Shown here: one piece after another, positions 10,415-23,892 of the stretch
Position numbering within the stretch: position 1 is the first letter of the stretch
How the letters are laid out: every line of letters begins with the position of its first letter
DNA from: Octopus sinensis
Lineage: Eukaryota
Reading direction: 5' to 3'
Assembly: GCF_006345805.1 (NCBI RefSeq)
Contig: NC_043012.1
Span: 51,646,001-51,710,000 of the forward strand
Length of the DNA stretch: 64,000 bases
Translations under genes and position numbers: made by a program
Notes under the pieces: model-generated
Database searches by the model: none
Told to the model about the DNA's origin: nothing
The model's input: only the letters and a program-made list of their open reading frames with translations

Positions 10415-10623
10415 CTAGCAACTATTTTTATGACATAATTCTGGTGTTTGGTGAATTCTTCACTGGCGCCATTCAGAATATAGATTTCAGAATTTAATGT
10501 TTTCGGTACTCCATCATATATATTTAAGTCTTTCTGAAAACGAATAATTTCTTTTCTAATCTACCAATTATGTGATTTTCAAGATGGAAAATCTCTGTTT
10601 AACAACATATTTATTATAGTAGA
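10415..10623 (-). mobile_element. Short Helitron-like element
   Basis: Same terminal signature as 1907-2413 (A|TCTACTATAATAA ... GCTAG|T), but the subterminal hairpin is not evident. Confidence 0.4.
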
Positions 10624-10689
10624 TTGTATATATTAGTATGTGTAGACAGGAAAGAAATAATATACAATCAGTGCTCTTAAAAAAAAAAA

Positions 10690-10753
<64 letters not shown>

Positions 10754-11101
10754 ATATATATCTGTTTGCATACTCCGCTGTCCGAGGCAGCAGATTTGCT
10801 GAATCGGAAGCATGTTGGGGAAAAAGTGTATTCCATAAACATACGCGTATTTTATACTGTTGCTTTTAAGTTTTGGTTCTTATACTGTTTGTGCCATTAA
10901 AGTTATACTTAACGAGAATGCGATATTTATGTTGAGAAACTGAAGGATAACAAAACAAAAAAGTTCACGCATTAATTATACTGCATGTGTCTTCATTTAC
11001 GGTATGTTTAATTCACATGTGTTTTTTTAAATCCTGATTCTGACTGAATTCCAAATCATAAATGGAATAAGCTTATTCTCCTAAAAAAGTAAATTTATTA
11101 A

Positions 11102-11338
11102 TTAGGGTATCAGCATCATGAGCGTAAGATTGTGGTTTTGATTCCTGGACCGGGCGACGCGTTGTGTTCTTCAGCAAAACACTTCTTTTCACGTTGCTCC
11201 TGTCCACTCAGCTGGCAAATATGCGTAACGCTACGATGGACTGGCGCCCCGTCCAGCTGGGGAACACATATGCCATAGAAACCGTGAGATCGGGCTCATG
11301 AGCCTGTCTAGGCTTTAAAAAACGCGCATTTATTTATT
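11102..11338 (+). mobile_element. tRNA-derived SINE family B
   Basis: Partial tRNA head with B-box-like gttttgattcc, central gtgttctt(g/c)agcaaaacactt...ccactcagctggc domain, gatggactggcg(t/c)cccgtccag segment and (TTTA)n tail; homologous to 20085 and 31582. Confidence 0.85.
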
Positions 11339-11710
11339 ACTTATATTTCATTAATATCTTGTAACAAATAGAAATTTCACGATTACTGGATCTTTCTGAT
11401 TGCGGCTTTTTTCAGTAAATGTAGTAACATTTATACTAGAATGTATACATCTAAATTTCTTTCCTATCTCTCTATCGATCGAATGATCGGTCGGTCGATT
11501 TATCTATCTGTAAATACACATGCACACACACACACACACACACACAAACTCACAAATATATATATATATTTCTCGTTACTTTTCCTTCTTTTTACATATG
11601 TGCGTTACATATATATGTTATATGTGGAGTTATATTTGTAGAAAATAGAAATAAGCGGTTTTTAACTGCTATTTCTAAATTTTCAGTTTGTGGCTAAGCA
11701 ACCTGTTGCT

Positions 11711-11747
<37 letters not shown>

Positions 11748-12099
11748 GATATATTTTACACAATTCTACGTGAATATGAGTAGAGTCAATGTAAAACACT
11801 GTAAATGCATGAGTTTCATTTAGTTATCTTCCGGTGCGATTACTATGAAAACTAGCAAACGATATCTCTATATGTCATCACTGAGATATGATATATTGTC
11901 ATACGACCCACAAAAATCACATTTTTTACTTAATATTATAACTTTACAAGTGATATATTACTCAAATGGTAGCAAAAAAAAAAGAGAAAAGAAAATGCCT
12001 GTGATTTGTTCAGGACCGGTGAGTATGTTAAATTAATAAGACTCTAAAAGAGAATCTGACTCTCCCCAGACACAATAAAATATTCAAGACTCATTTTAC

Positions 12100-12212
12100 C
12101 AAAAAACCGAGGCTATAAGGTTACGGCTGGATGAAATTAGATACAAGAACGCTGCATCAGAAATGTCTTGGGGATGCATCATAATATAAGTAGCAACGAC
12201 AATCTCTGCCAC
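12100..12212 (-). CDS. Candidate exon (113 nt, or 88 nt if the donor at 12124 is used), TM3/EC2-like of a tetraspanin-like protein
   Basis: tatattttactag|GTG; the only open frame is VAEIVVATYIMMHPQDISDAAFLYLISSSRNLIASVF (the other two stop quickly); both donors (gtaacc, gtaaaa) are weak. Confidence 0.3.
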
Positions 12213-12804
12213 CTAGTAAAATATATTTACTAAATCATTATCATACATAAGATTTTACAACGAACATAACTTTGGGGAATTGAAAATTATATTAATTCAT
12301 TCATTGGAGCATATCTGAAATAAATTGAACGTAGAAATATCTGTTACAGAAAAATATATTTACGCATTTCGTTCGTAGATCAAGTGATGTACGTCAATTC
12401 TATTTCTCACAAAAGTAAACCGCTACAGCTGTGGAGGAATATACTTATGTAAATCACATGGGTTTCTATGTAATTATCTAAGAAGTGATGTTTTTCAAAC
12501 CTAACAAGAAAAGCGATCGTTTATGAAATATTCTTTGCTGGATTGGGGCTTTGGCTATTCAGTATTCTATTGAATGTTCAATTTGAAAGGGGTCATATTT
12601 GTTGAGAATTTAGCTTTGTTTATCAGTTATGTTTTTCTCTGGAATTTATGTAACCTGTGTAGTAGATATATTCTTTACTCTTTTACTACCCTTATGTACT
12701 AAGTTAATCAACTGAAACAATTTCATACAAGGATTTATAAAACGCAGATAAAAATAGATAAGAAAAATATATCTCTCAAGTAAATATTATTTCGATATGA
12801 ACAT

Positions 12805-12980
12805 AGGCGTAGGAGTGGCTGCGTGGTAAGTAGCTTGCTTACGAACAACATGGTCCCGGGTTCAATCCCACTGCGTGGCACCTTCGGCAAGTGCCTTCTA
12901 CTATAGCCTCGGGCCGACCAAAGCCTTGTGAGTAGATTTGGTCGGCCCGTGGCTATAGAAGAAGACACTTGCCCAAGGTG
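12805..12980 (+). mobile_element. SINE family A 5' half ending in a fold-back inverted duplication
   Basis: Head intact; 12879-12922 and 12937-12980 are 44-nt inverted arms around a 14-nt loop. Confidence 0.9.
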
Positions 12981-13236
12981 AATCTACCAACTCAGATTCC
13001 CGTCATTAAACTCATACTCTGCAATACGGTTCAAATAATGATAGAACCTGAGACTACGTAATTGAAATCAGCCATGAGCAAACGATCTTAGTGATCTTGT
13101 CATCTTATTGATTGTAAATGACGCATCAAAAGCAAATGAAAAACCTGGATATTATGTATGAATATATATGATTATACACATAAACAAATATGAGTAATTT
13201 ATATATGTGTGCGTGTAATATATATTTATATATATA

Positions 13237-13273
<37 letters not shown>

Positions 13274-13320
13274 AATATACATATATAATGGCATGTCTGT
13301 ATATATAATATATATATATT

Positions 13321-13712
13321 ACTCTTTTACATGTTTCAGTCATTTGACTGCGGCCATGCTGGAGCACGGCCTTTAATCGAGCAACTCGACCCCAGGACTT
13401 ATTCTTTTGTAAGCCCAGTACTTATTCCACCGGTCTCCTTTGCCGAACCGCTAAGTAACTGGGACATAAACACACCAGCATCGGTTGTCAAGCAATGTTA
13501 GGGGGACAAACACAGACATACTAAAACACACGCATATATATACATATATACGACGGGCTTCTTTCAGTTTCCGTCTACCAAATCCAACACAAGGCTTTGG
13601 TCGGCCCAAGGTTATGGTAGAAGACACTTGCCCAAGGTGCCACGCAGTGGGACTGAACCCGGAACCATGTGGTTGGTAAACAAGCTACTTACCACACAGC
13701 CACTTCTGCGCT
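13321..13712 (-). mobile_element. SINE family A, full length
   Basis: Complete head-core-microsatellite-tail homology to the other copies. Confidence 0.92.
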
Positions 13713-15363
13713 TATATTATCTATCTATATATGTATTACACACAAGCTCACACGCATACACGCCCACATTTATATTGCAAGAGAAGGGGGAGAGAGTGAA
13801 AGAGAAGAAGAAATGTGGAGATTATTTTAGTGCGCATCATCCTTTTCAGAAAATTTATAAAATCGATAAAGATCCATACTAATAATTTTTCGCATTATCT
13901 AAATGAATGATGTTAACTAATTTTCAATAACACTAATTAAATATAAAGTCTTAATTTCCTCAGCATTCTCATTTCATATAAGATTAACTCATGTCGTAGA
14001 ATATGATATTAATATAGTTTCAGCTTGTAATTGTTTTCAAATGGTTAGTGTATAAATTTAGATTATAAATGAGAGTAGCCGTAGATACAAAAAAAAAAAG
14101 AATGATGTTCCATATTATCTCATGGTAACTGAAGAAATAATACCCCACTACATGTTTAATAGCCGAATTTCTCTAGGAATGTATTTATGAATACAAATTA
14201 TAATGTATAATTCAAAATACAAATGGAATCTTTAGGGCGTTGTTGATTCTTTCTGAAAAATGTCCACAGAAAATCGTGACTCTGCCTCAAGTATCATTAA
14301 CGGTGGGAAAGGAATTCTTTAGTATTTGAAATATGAACACTACCAATTTTGTTATTATCATTTTTTTTCTTTGATAAATTCTTTTAATTCATTTCATTTA
14401 ATTCAGTGACTAGACATGATTTTTATTATATTTTATATTTTAATAACACCAACCCTAATCGAACACCGGTTAAAAATAAATTAATTATAGGATTGTGTTT
14501 TCTGGAGTTAATTAGTTCAGCCAATAATAAAATGTAATTAAAATAACGAAGGTTGAATTATATTAATTATTGTTTGAAAGGAAATTCGATAAAAAAAAAC
14601 TGAATGGTTGTGCAATTTTATTGCTAAATATCATTTGATATTTGATTTATTACAAGAAATATAATTTTTTTTTTACATTGAAGCTGTCTGTTTATATTGA
14701 GCACTGTATAATTTTATAATTTCGCCTGTGTTTTTCTTCCCTTTTTTCAAACTCAATTACAAAATAAATATATTTTTCATCTGACAACCATCATCTCAAT
14801 TATCTGTCTTTAGACGTTTACAGACTTATCTTTAGAGCACTATAAAAAAAAGCTCTTTTCTTTCCGTTATTTTTTTATTTGCTTTCATTTTGATTTTTTT
14901 CTTACATTTTCTGGAAGCTGTATAGGGATAGTTAATTCCGGTTGGTTGATTTTAACGGAAGAAAACAACACTTAACTCAATGGAAACCCTTATGTCCTGT
15001 CAAGCAAAACTTCCATAATAATATAGATGTTCAGATATTTGTGATTAACTAAAAACAAAATATTTTGTTTATCTCAGTATCCATTGTTTTGTGAAAACTC
15101 ATTAATCGATAAAGCTATGCAAGGTTTCATAATTTGAAATTGCTAACAATTCTTTCTGATAACTACGCATTTCACATCTATATAGTATTTAATAAATTTA
15201 ATAAACTAAAAATTAAACTGTATCAATTTTTGTTATGAGTTTTTTTTTTACCTCCAAAAGTACATACATAAATACTATAACACTTCAAACGATTCAATCC
15301 AGAATCTAACTATATATACATATATCCATCCAGTCATCAATCCATCCTTATATCAGTCCATCC

Positions 15364-15394
<31 letters not shown>

Positions 15395-15789
15395 CATACA
15401 TACATACATACATACATACATGTATACATACATACATACATACGTGCGTTCATAATCGCTCACAAATGCGCACACGTTTAAATGTGCAATATATATACAA
15501 AGCTACACTTAATTTAGAATATTTCTTTATCAGCCATTGTTCTTACAAGTAATCTATGTATTATGTCTGCTATTGCGCACTATAAAGGCAATCAAGAATA
15601 ATTTCAAATTCATGCATAAGGCCAGCCATTTAGATGTGCGGTGCTTAGTTGTTATCACCAGACCCAGAACTTGACTGGCTATAAACGAATATGTATTTCT
15701 CGTTTTAGCAAACGATAACTAAATGCACAAAACGTGTCCATCAAGTGACTAACAATTTAAAACAAAATTGATTGAATAGTTGAATATAT

Positions 15790-16220
15790 AGGCGCAGGGG
15801 TGGCTGTGTGTCAAGTACCTTGCTTCCCTACCACATGTCACCGGGTTCAGTTCTACTGAGAGGCACTTTGCGCAAGTGAGTTCTACTATAGCCACGGAGC
15901 GATCAAAATCTTGTGAGTGGACTTCGTAGAGGGAAACTGAAAGAAGCCCATCGAATATATATATATCTTTATCTGTGTGTGTGTGTGCCTGTGTCTGTCT
16001 GTGGGTGTCTTTGTTTCTGTGTTTATCCCCCACCACCACTTGACATCCGGTGTTGGTGGACTTACACATTTATAAATTAGCGGTTCAGCTAAACAGTCTG
16101 ATACAATAAATTCTAGTATTAAAAAGAAACACTAAGTAGTAAGGTCGATTCATTCGACTAAAAATTGCTGGAGGCGTTGCCACAGAGGCGTTATTGTCTA
16201 ATGTCTGAAACAAGTAAAAA
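15790..16220 (+). mobile_element. SINE family A, old divergent copy
   Basis: ggcgcaggggtggctgtgtg head, gaaactgaaagaagccc core and ctgaaacaagtaaaa tail, with many substitutions. Confidence 0.75.
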
Positions 16221-16620
16221 CAAAATTAAAAATTAAAACATACACCATTGCCCATGCCTCTCTCCATTAACCAGTGACATTTCCTCTGAAGCTACTACCA
16301 GCACCATCCTTTTAACAGTTTCAATATTTCTCTGTGTGTATGCATGAGTGTGTGTATGTGCACGACCGAATACGTAGACGCAGAGTTTCATTTATTTTAC
16401 TCTCATTATTACTATAAGTTGCCACTTCTTTTAATTAAACGTTTAACCCCAGAGTATAACAGCAATTACATTTTCACTCCATCCGTACTGCTCAACCCAT
16501 ATGTGTATATATTTATCTAGCTATCTTTCGCTCGATCGATCGATCTATCTGTCTGTCTATCTCTTTGTCTCTTTCTCTCTATATATATATATTTATACAC
16601 ACACACACACACACACACAC

Positions 16621-16687
<67 letters not shown>

Positions 16688-16854
16688 GTATATATGTATA
16701 TTTTATATATATTTATATGTGTATATGTTTATATATAAACGTATAAATATATATATAGAATATATGCATATGTATATATGTATATATATATATATACACA
16801 CACATATATGTTTATTACACATACAATATGTATATATTTATATGTATATATATA

Positions 16855-16906
<52 letters not shown>

Positions 16907-16917
16907 TAAATATATAT

Positions 16918-16966
<49 letters not shown>

Positions 16967-16994
16967 TATATATATATATATACTGTTGTTTGGA

Positions 16995-17175
16995 TTAAAG
17001 TGATCTTTCCCTACAAGGATGTACCTTACTAGAGGAAGTAGGGGACTCCATCTATCGTTTCCAGGTATTGAACATTGTTTTACAGCAGGCATTCAACTTT
17101 TCTGTTATGTCCTTGTTACTCTATCCAGCTGTTTTCAAAGCAATACTCTGATCAGATTTTACTTTCGACACTATG
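16995..17175 (-). mobile_element. Tc1/mariner transposase N-terminal remnant
   Basis: Minus frame SIALKTAG*SNKDITEKLNACCKTMFNTWKR* resembles the HTH start of Tc1 transposases. Confidence 0.6.
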
Positions 17176-18363
17176 TTTGTTTACAAACCTGTTATAGACG
17201 AGCGAAACAATAGGCACATGAATAAAGGATAATTGCAAATCTGTATGTGAAATGTAGAAAACATTACATGAACCTGCAAAGCAAATTAGATCAAATTTGG
17301 GATTTTTTGCGGAGGGTGAAAGTGGTAATCAAAACAGGACATTGAAAACAAAGCAGTAAAAACGAACGGTGAGGGCTGTTAAGCCAAGGCGATGTGAAGT
17401 GGTGAACGCTGGAAAAACAAGCATTGAGAAGAGACAGATAAAAGCACGTCTTGTCTTTAGGAAGGAAGTGGAAGAAAGAAAGATGGATGACCGTTGGTCA
17501 CCTGTGAGCAACGAGAAAGTCAAGGAAGAAGAGTGAGAGAGAAAGAGGAAACGAACAAGGAGAGAGAAGAATAGGGAAAGGGTGTGAGAGAAAAACAGAA
17601 AGGAAGAAGAACAAGAGAGGGAGATAGATAGACAGAAAAGAAATAGAATAAGAGTGCGCATCGTAATTATTAATATAAAACTTACTTGGAAATGTGGCAT
17701 ATACATCTAGTCAAATAGGCTTCGGTGACATTATTGAAGGAAACGTTAGACAATGTGCGTGATCATACATCATGCAGACCTATGGATAATAACCGTGCAT
17801 TGTTTTTATCTTGTGCTTCGGTGTCCTTTCTCTTCGTGAAAGGCATACACCGAATCCGACCTCCGAACATATTATATATGAATGTACACACATTCATTTC
17901 CAAAACGCTTTTTACTGACCTTCAAATAAATGATTAATTGAATGAATAGTACACATATATTGGTGTGTGTATTTGTGTGAGTGTGCATGCATTTATGTAT
18001 GCAGTTATTCTTTCATATATATATGCGCTTTTGTCTTGCATGTTTAAGCATATATTCAATAGTCAGAAGAATTAAGTGGTGTTGCCTATCGGAACATTAT
18101 TTTAGCGAAAATAGAATAAGATATTAGTATTATTCCGTTTTTTCTTTCGTATAATTGAGTGAGTGCTATAGTTCGAGTCTCGTTTTGCATCGTAAATTCT
18201 TAAGCAAGATTCATTTGCATTTTACCCCGTTCTCCTAATGAAATATCATTGCATCATTTAATTTTTGCCCAATAAAAGAAATTGTGTAAGTATTCTGTAT
18301 GTATGTGTGCTTGCTCGCGTGTGTGTATTTGAGTATCTCATATTCATTTTCATATTATTTGGT

Positions 18364-18549
18364 CCAGTCATTTGACTGCGGCCATGCTGGAGCACCGCTT
18401 TTAGTCGAGCAAATCGACCCCAGGATTTATTCTTTATAAGCCTGGTACTTATTATCTCTGTATCTCTTGCCGAACCGGTAAGTTACTGGGACGTAAACAC
18501 ACCAGCATCGGTTGTCAGGTGATGTTGGGGGGACAGACACAGACACACA

Positions 18550-18590
<41 letters not shown>

Positions 18591-18742
18591 GACGGGCTTC
18601 TTTCTGTTTCCGTCTACCAAATCCACTCACAAAGTTTTGGACGGCCCGAGACTATAGTAGAATAATTTGCCCAAGTTGTCAAGCAGTGGAACTGAACCTG
18701 AAACCATGTGGTTTGTAAGCAACCTACTTACCACACAGCCAT
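18364..18742 (-). mobile_element. SINE family A
   Basis: Near-complete homology to 13321-13712. Confidence 0.9.
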
Positions 18743-20084
18743 TGCAATGTGTGCATATATGTAATTGTTTGTGCGTGAGTGTGTGTGTTTGTGTATGTTG
18801 GCATGTGTGTGTGTGCATCCATGTATATGTCTGAGCATTTATATAGATAGATATTTTATATTTCTATTATTGGCATAAGGTTCGGTTTTCGCCCCTCGAA
18901 TCTCATTGTTACCTCTGCCGATGTAATGTGTATGCGTTTGTGATCGTGTTTATTAGGTATGAGTATGTATATGTATAAAATGATGATGATGCAGATCTAA
19001 ATGGAATGTAATCAACGAAAACTATAAAAAAAAGAATAATACAGTATAATATTGCAGAGTTTTGTGTCGTATTTAAGCTTTATAGTGGAACACGTTATTA
19101 ACGGTGGGATTGTCCTTTTATTGATATTAGCAGAATATTTCCATTTCCCTCTCCATTCCTTCAGGGATGTCGGGATGATACCTTTATTGTCTCCCACTGT
19201 GACAGTCACATATTACTTTATATATGTGAATATGTCTTCTCCGAATTTTCGATAACTAAACGCATGATACATACTACGGATTTTATTTCCACGAGTTTCT
19301 CCCAGCAGGGGAATAATGTACGACAGTTAGTCAATTGTTCAATATTACGGTCGTCAATTTGATTTAATCATCTCTATTTTATGTATTATTTTATTTTGCA
19401 GTACATTCCCCAAGCAGATTATAAATTGAAAATTGCCCTTCTATTAAATACTTTTTAAGATATCGGTATATAATTCCCCAAGACGAGTAATTGATTATGT
19501 AATAATGGCTTAACCATGGATATCGGCAACTGCGTGTTGGAGCCATATTATTGAATTCCACACAGGGTATATAATAGGTAATAACTATATGAACGATGGC
19601 ATGGGATGATCTGCATATTTGCATATTCCATAATAACATTGTAAAATTAATGAATACGGAATAGCTTGATCGCCAAATGCAGTGGCGAGATAGTACAATG
19701 CCTTCTAGTGACATGATTGTAGAATATAAATCCTTAGTTTTGTCATGAATACACAACGAATATACATATGTGTGCGTGTGAGTGAAGACATGTGGAGCCG
19801 GGTGTATATGTGTAAACATATAATACCATTGCATACACACACATACACACATACACATACTCAAACACATGCACACACAAAGAAACGCGTGCACACATGC
19901 ACATAATGCATAAAAAACCTTTAAAGCAGTATCTAGCAGACAATTCATTAAGTTTATGACTTGATAAATATTTTAAAGAAAATAAGCAGACAAAATGCAT
20001 TTTAAGATTAAACTATGCATATGTTTAAAACAGTTATAAAGGACTGGATACATGTATATTACTAATGTCTGAAGGAATAATTAA

Positions 20085-20310
20085 AAATAAATAAATGTGT
20101 CCATTTTAAAGCCTAGCCAGGCCCATGGGCCCGGTTTCTCGGTTTCTATGGCGTATGTGTTCCCCAGCTGGACAGGACGCCAGTTCATCGCAGCATTACT
20201 TATTTTTGCCAGCTGAGTGGACTGCAGCAACGTGAAATGAAGCGTTTTTCTCAAGAACACAACGCGTCGCCCGGTCCAGGAATCGAAACCACTAAGCCAC
20301 GCGCCTCCAC
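20085..20310 (-). mobile_element. SINE family B with a deletion between the A and B boxes
   Basis: gtggaggcgcgtggcttagtgg|tttcgattcc shows the middle of the tRNA head lost at a gtggtt microhomology. Confidence 0.85.
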
Positions 20311-20930
20311 AATGAGTAATTAGTAAGTACAAAATTCAAAAATATCAAATTGTCGTCGATAATTGCATGCACAAAATGCCTTGAGCACGAAGCAGAAGTA
20401 AAGGGTTCAGATTTCCATTACAGTAGAACGTCTTGTGTTTTGGTGTTGACATACTACAGCAGACTCCATCAAAATATCCCTATTTAATACACACTTCGAT
20501 GTATGACTAATAAACAACGTATAAATTAACAATCATATTGGAATATATGAGTGAACACTAGAGCCGTTGACGACAGGGTTTGTACTTACTGCGGTATACA
20601 GGTAACACAGCTGAAAACAAACACTAAGCGACTTCCGACATCTGAATACTTGCGAGACGAAATATGTTGAGGAAAAAATAACAACTCAATATAACTTTAT
20701 ACATATACACACTTACATACATACAAAGACTCATACACACACAGACATACATACACGCATACATGTATACATATGTCTGTGTTCCTGCGTGTATTCAAGG
20801 AAGCTAATTCATTTACGTATGTTATTGCAAAGTAATAAAGCTGATTGATATAAACTTCGTTGTCGTATAGAAATGTAGATGTGAAGATATTTATTTAGAT
20901 ACGCACCGAATTACACTCATATACACAGTA

Positions 20931-20993
<63 letters not shown>

Positions 20994-20994
20994 G

Positions 20995-21028
<34 letters not shown>

Positions 21029-21347
21029 CAGAGAGAGAAAGAGAGAGAGGGAGATATTGATAGATAGATAGATAGATATAATTGTATATATATAAACACG
21101 AATATGTATGTATGCATATATGTGTGTGTTTGTGTGTCCATATATATATGAAGGTAGTTGTCTCTTTGTGCCAGTGTGTGTATGTATTAGTGCGTTCTTA
21201 TATACTTTTATATCTACAAGCTCTATTTATCATAGTGTCAATCTATCTATATATAAATCAATTTATGCTTTTATAGCACGTATAGTTATGCACGTGAGTG
21301 ACAGAGAGAACGTGTATGCATGTAAACATATATATATATATATATAT

Positions 21348-21883
21348 GTATGTGTGCGACATATATGAAAATATATAAGAGCTAATTTCTTAATTTGTTT
21401 ATTTATAAGCCATTATACGAAGAATACAGGTAAATAAAATATAATACTAATGAAATTATATGCAAACTTTATAAATGAATAAACATTAGAAAAGCAAATT
21501 ACAAAGTGTTAACCTATGTATTTTTATATATTATTTTCAAGCAGATTCTGAACTGTTTATTGTGTTTAAATTTTGTTTGTCATCTTGTAGCAAGTGTAAA
21601 TATATTTATTAGGATTCCAAAATGGCGTTTTGTATGGCAGCAAATAAAAATTAATTACTGCATTGCTTTTCATTTATGAAAATTAATACTCTTATTACAA
21701 TCCATATTTATATGCGTGTCAATATGTAAGCAATCAAGTAAACAGAGAAGGTATGTTTGTGGATGTATATTTGTACATATATATAGATATATGTATATAT
21801 ATATATACATACATATATAAATATATATATATGTATGCATACACATCACTCATACATTTATACAAGCACATACACATACGTAT

Positions 21884-21934
<51 letters not shown>

Positions 21935-22487
21935 GTATGTGTGCGACATATATGAAAATATATAAGAGCTAATTTCTTAATTTGTTTATTTATAAGCCAT
22001 TATACGAAGAATACAGGTAAATAAAATATAATACTAATGAATTATATGCAAACTTTATAATGAATAAACATTAGAAAAGCAAATTACAAAGTGTTAACCT
22101 ATGTATTTTTATATATTATTTTCAAGCAGATTCTGAACTGTTTATTGTGTTTAAATTTTGTTTGTCATCTTGTAGCAAGTGTAAATATATTTATTAGGAT
22201 TCCAAAATGGCGTTTTGTATGGCAGCAAATAAAAATTAATTACTGCATTGCTTTTCATTTATGAAAATTAATACTCTTATTACAATCCATATTTATATGC
22301 GTGTCAATATGTAAGCAATCAAGTAAACAGAGAAGGTATGTTTGTGGATGTATATTTGTACATATATATAGATATATGTATATATATATATACATACATA
22401 TATAAATATATATATATGTATGCATACACATCACTCATACATTTATACAAGCACATACACATACGTATACACCACACACACACATAT

Positions 22488-22525
<38 letters not shown>
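21348..22525. repeat. Near-identical tandem duplication, unit about 587 bp
   Basis: gtatgtgtgcgacatatatgaaa starts at both 21348 and 21935; the units differ mainly by single-base indels; junctions lie in (TA)n. Confidence 0.95.
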
Positions 22526-22619
22526 ATTCATTTTACGCACGCAAGCTGCACACCTGTAATTTGTGCATTAATGTACATGCGTAAGTAGTTAGTCTGGAAA
22601 TCTGGCTATGTGCAATTTT

Positions 22620-22790
22620 AATGATGTGCCTAAAAATATGCGAAAGTACTCACGCGAATATAAATTTGTGGACACGCTTGTGTGATAAGATACGTGTTCT
22701 TGAAAATATTTTTCGGGGCCCTGAGAACAGACTGAACACCTTTGGTACCGGGGGTTTGCACAGGGCGATCAGTCGGTCAGCGTCCCATCG
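22620..22790 (+). mobile_element. RTE-clade LINE fragment, inverted relative to the adjacent copy
   Basis: Frame ENRLNTFGTGGLHRAI is the same region as ENRLSTFGTGSLHRF on the minus strand at about 23040-23090. Confidence 0.65.
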
Positions 22791-23830
22791 GTCGCATTTT
22801 CTGCAAGATACCTCTTTATCTGCTGTGACTATGTGGAATGTGACCGACTAATACAAACCCTCTGCACAATCTGATCCTCAGCGAAGAGAGCACGGTACGC
22901 AAAGCCTAAGTCAGAATATCCAGTAACTTGACGAAATATCTGAGCTTGGGTTCCTCAATCACATAAGTAACGAGACGCATCCCAGCTTCCGAGAAGACCC
23001 GTTAACTGGATCCGAAATTCAACCAATGGTAACCCTTAAATCTGTGCAGACTCCCGGTACCAAATGTGCTCAGTCTGTTCTCAGGGACCCGAGCAATAAT
23101 TTCAAGCACATTAAGAACCGAATATTTCTTCTCATAAATTTCTGCTCAAATATCGGCGGTACCAAATACCGTTCTCCAACTAATTACCAAGTTTACAACT
23201 GCACCAGCTTATCCAAGTCTTTCTAGAAATTCAGACCGGCAGCTAATGCCGTTATGTCGAGACATCTAGAGCCTATAATGACTTCGATATTCCCACCAGT
23301 AACAGAGACAGATGAGTTACAGTCCATATATTCACTCTAAATGCACCAGTTCATACTAGTCGTTTTAGGGCTCCAGGCTGGTAGTTAATCCCGATGTGAA
23401 TCATGCCGTTGAGATAAGGAAAGAGTACAATGACTTCGATATTCTCACAAGCAACAGAGACAAATGAGTCGGAGTCCTCCAAGAAGCCAACGAAAGACTG
23501 TATCTTTGTCTCTAACACCAACCGTTTACGCTTCCCCACACAGTGAAAAGAGAACTCTCCTTAAGGCATCCAGTCACTCAACAAGAATATCTGTCAACAG
23601 CGAAGTCTAATCTGTAACCATAGTTTCATCATTAAGAGCACTTCATATAAATCTAACCATCATCCAGCAAAGAATCCAATCCTATAGGCATTAAATAGAG
23701 GACGAGCCAAGACAAAACCTTGACGGATCCCAAATCTACTGGGGGGAAAATGACAGATGTTGAGTCCTCAATACAAACCGCACTGAATATTCTATCACTC
23801 ATACTGCCGAAATATACGATCAAGAGAGAT
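22790..23830 (-). mobile_element. Degenerate RTE-clade LINE, RT domain and C-terminal region
   Basis: Minus frames GIRQGFVLARPLFN, TKIQSFVGFLEDSDSFVSVACENIEVIVLFPYL and RLSTFGTGSLHRFKGYHW match RTE RT motifs; many stops and frameshifts. Confidence 0.8.
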
Positions 23831-23892
23831 AAAATTGTTGTCTAATAGATAGAATATTCATGAAGTAATAATCTTTTCTAATAAAGGCATAA

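Noticed and set aside
11345-11445. Minus-strand exon candidate (INVTTFTEKSRNQKDP)
   Set aside because: It lies in what looks like an interspersed repeat and the donor is weak.
18875-18915. Further hammerhead remnant (GAGGGGCGAAAACCGAAC on the minus strand)
   Set aside because: The CUGA box is absent and GAAA is incomplete.
19165-19370. Plus-strand open frame after a strong pyrimidine tract (GCRDDTFIVSHC...)
   Set aside because: No good donor and no recognisable homology.
14905-20610. Microexon candidates with good donors (about 14906-14917 LPEN; about 17688-17708 MYMPHFQ; about 20590-20610 LCYLYTA)
   Set aside because: GTAAGT/GTAAGA with an upstream AG is expected many times by chance in 64 kb of AT-rich DNA; there is no independent support.
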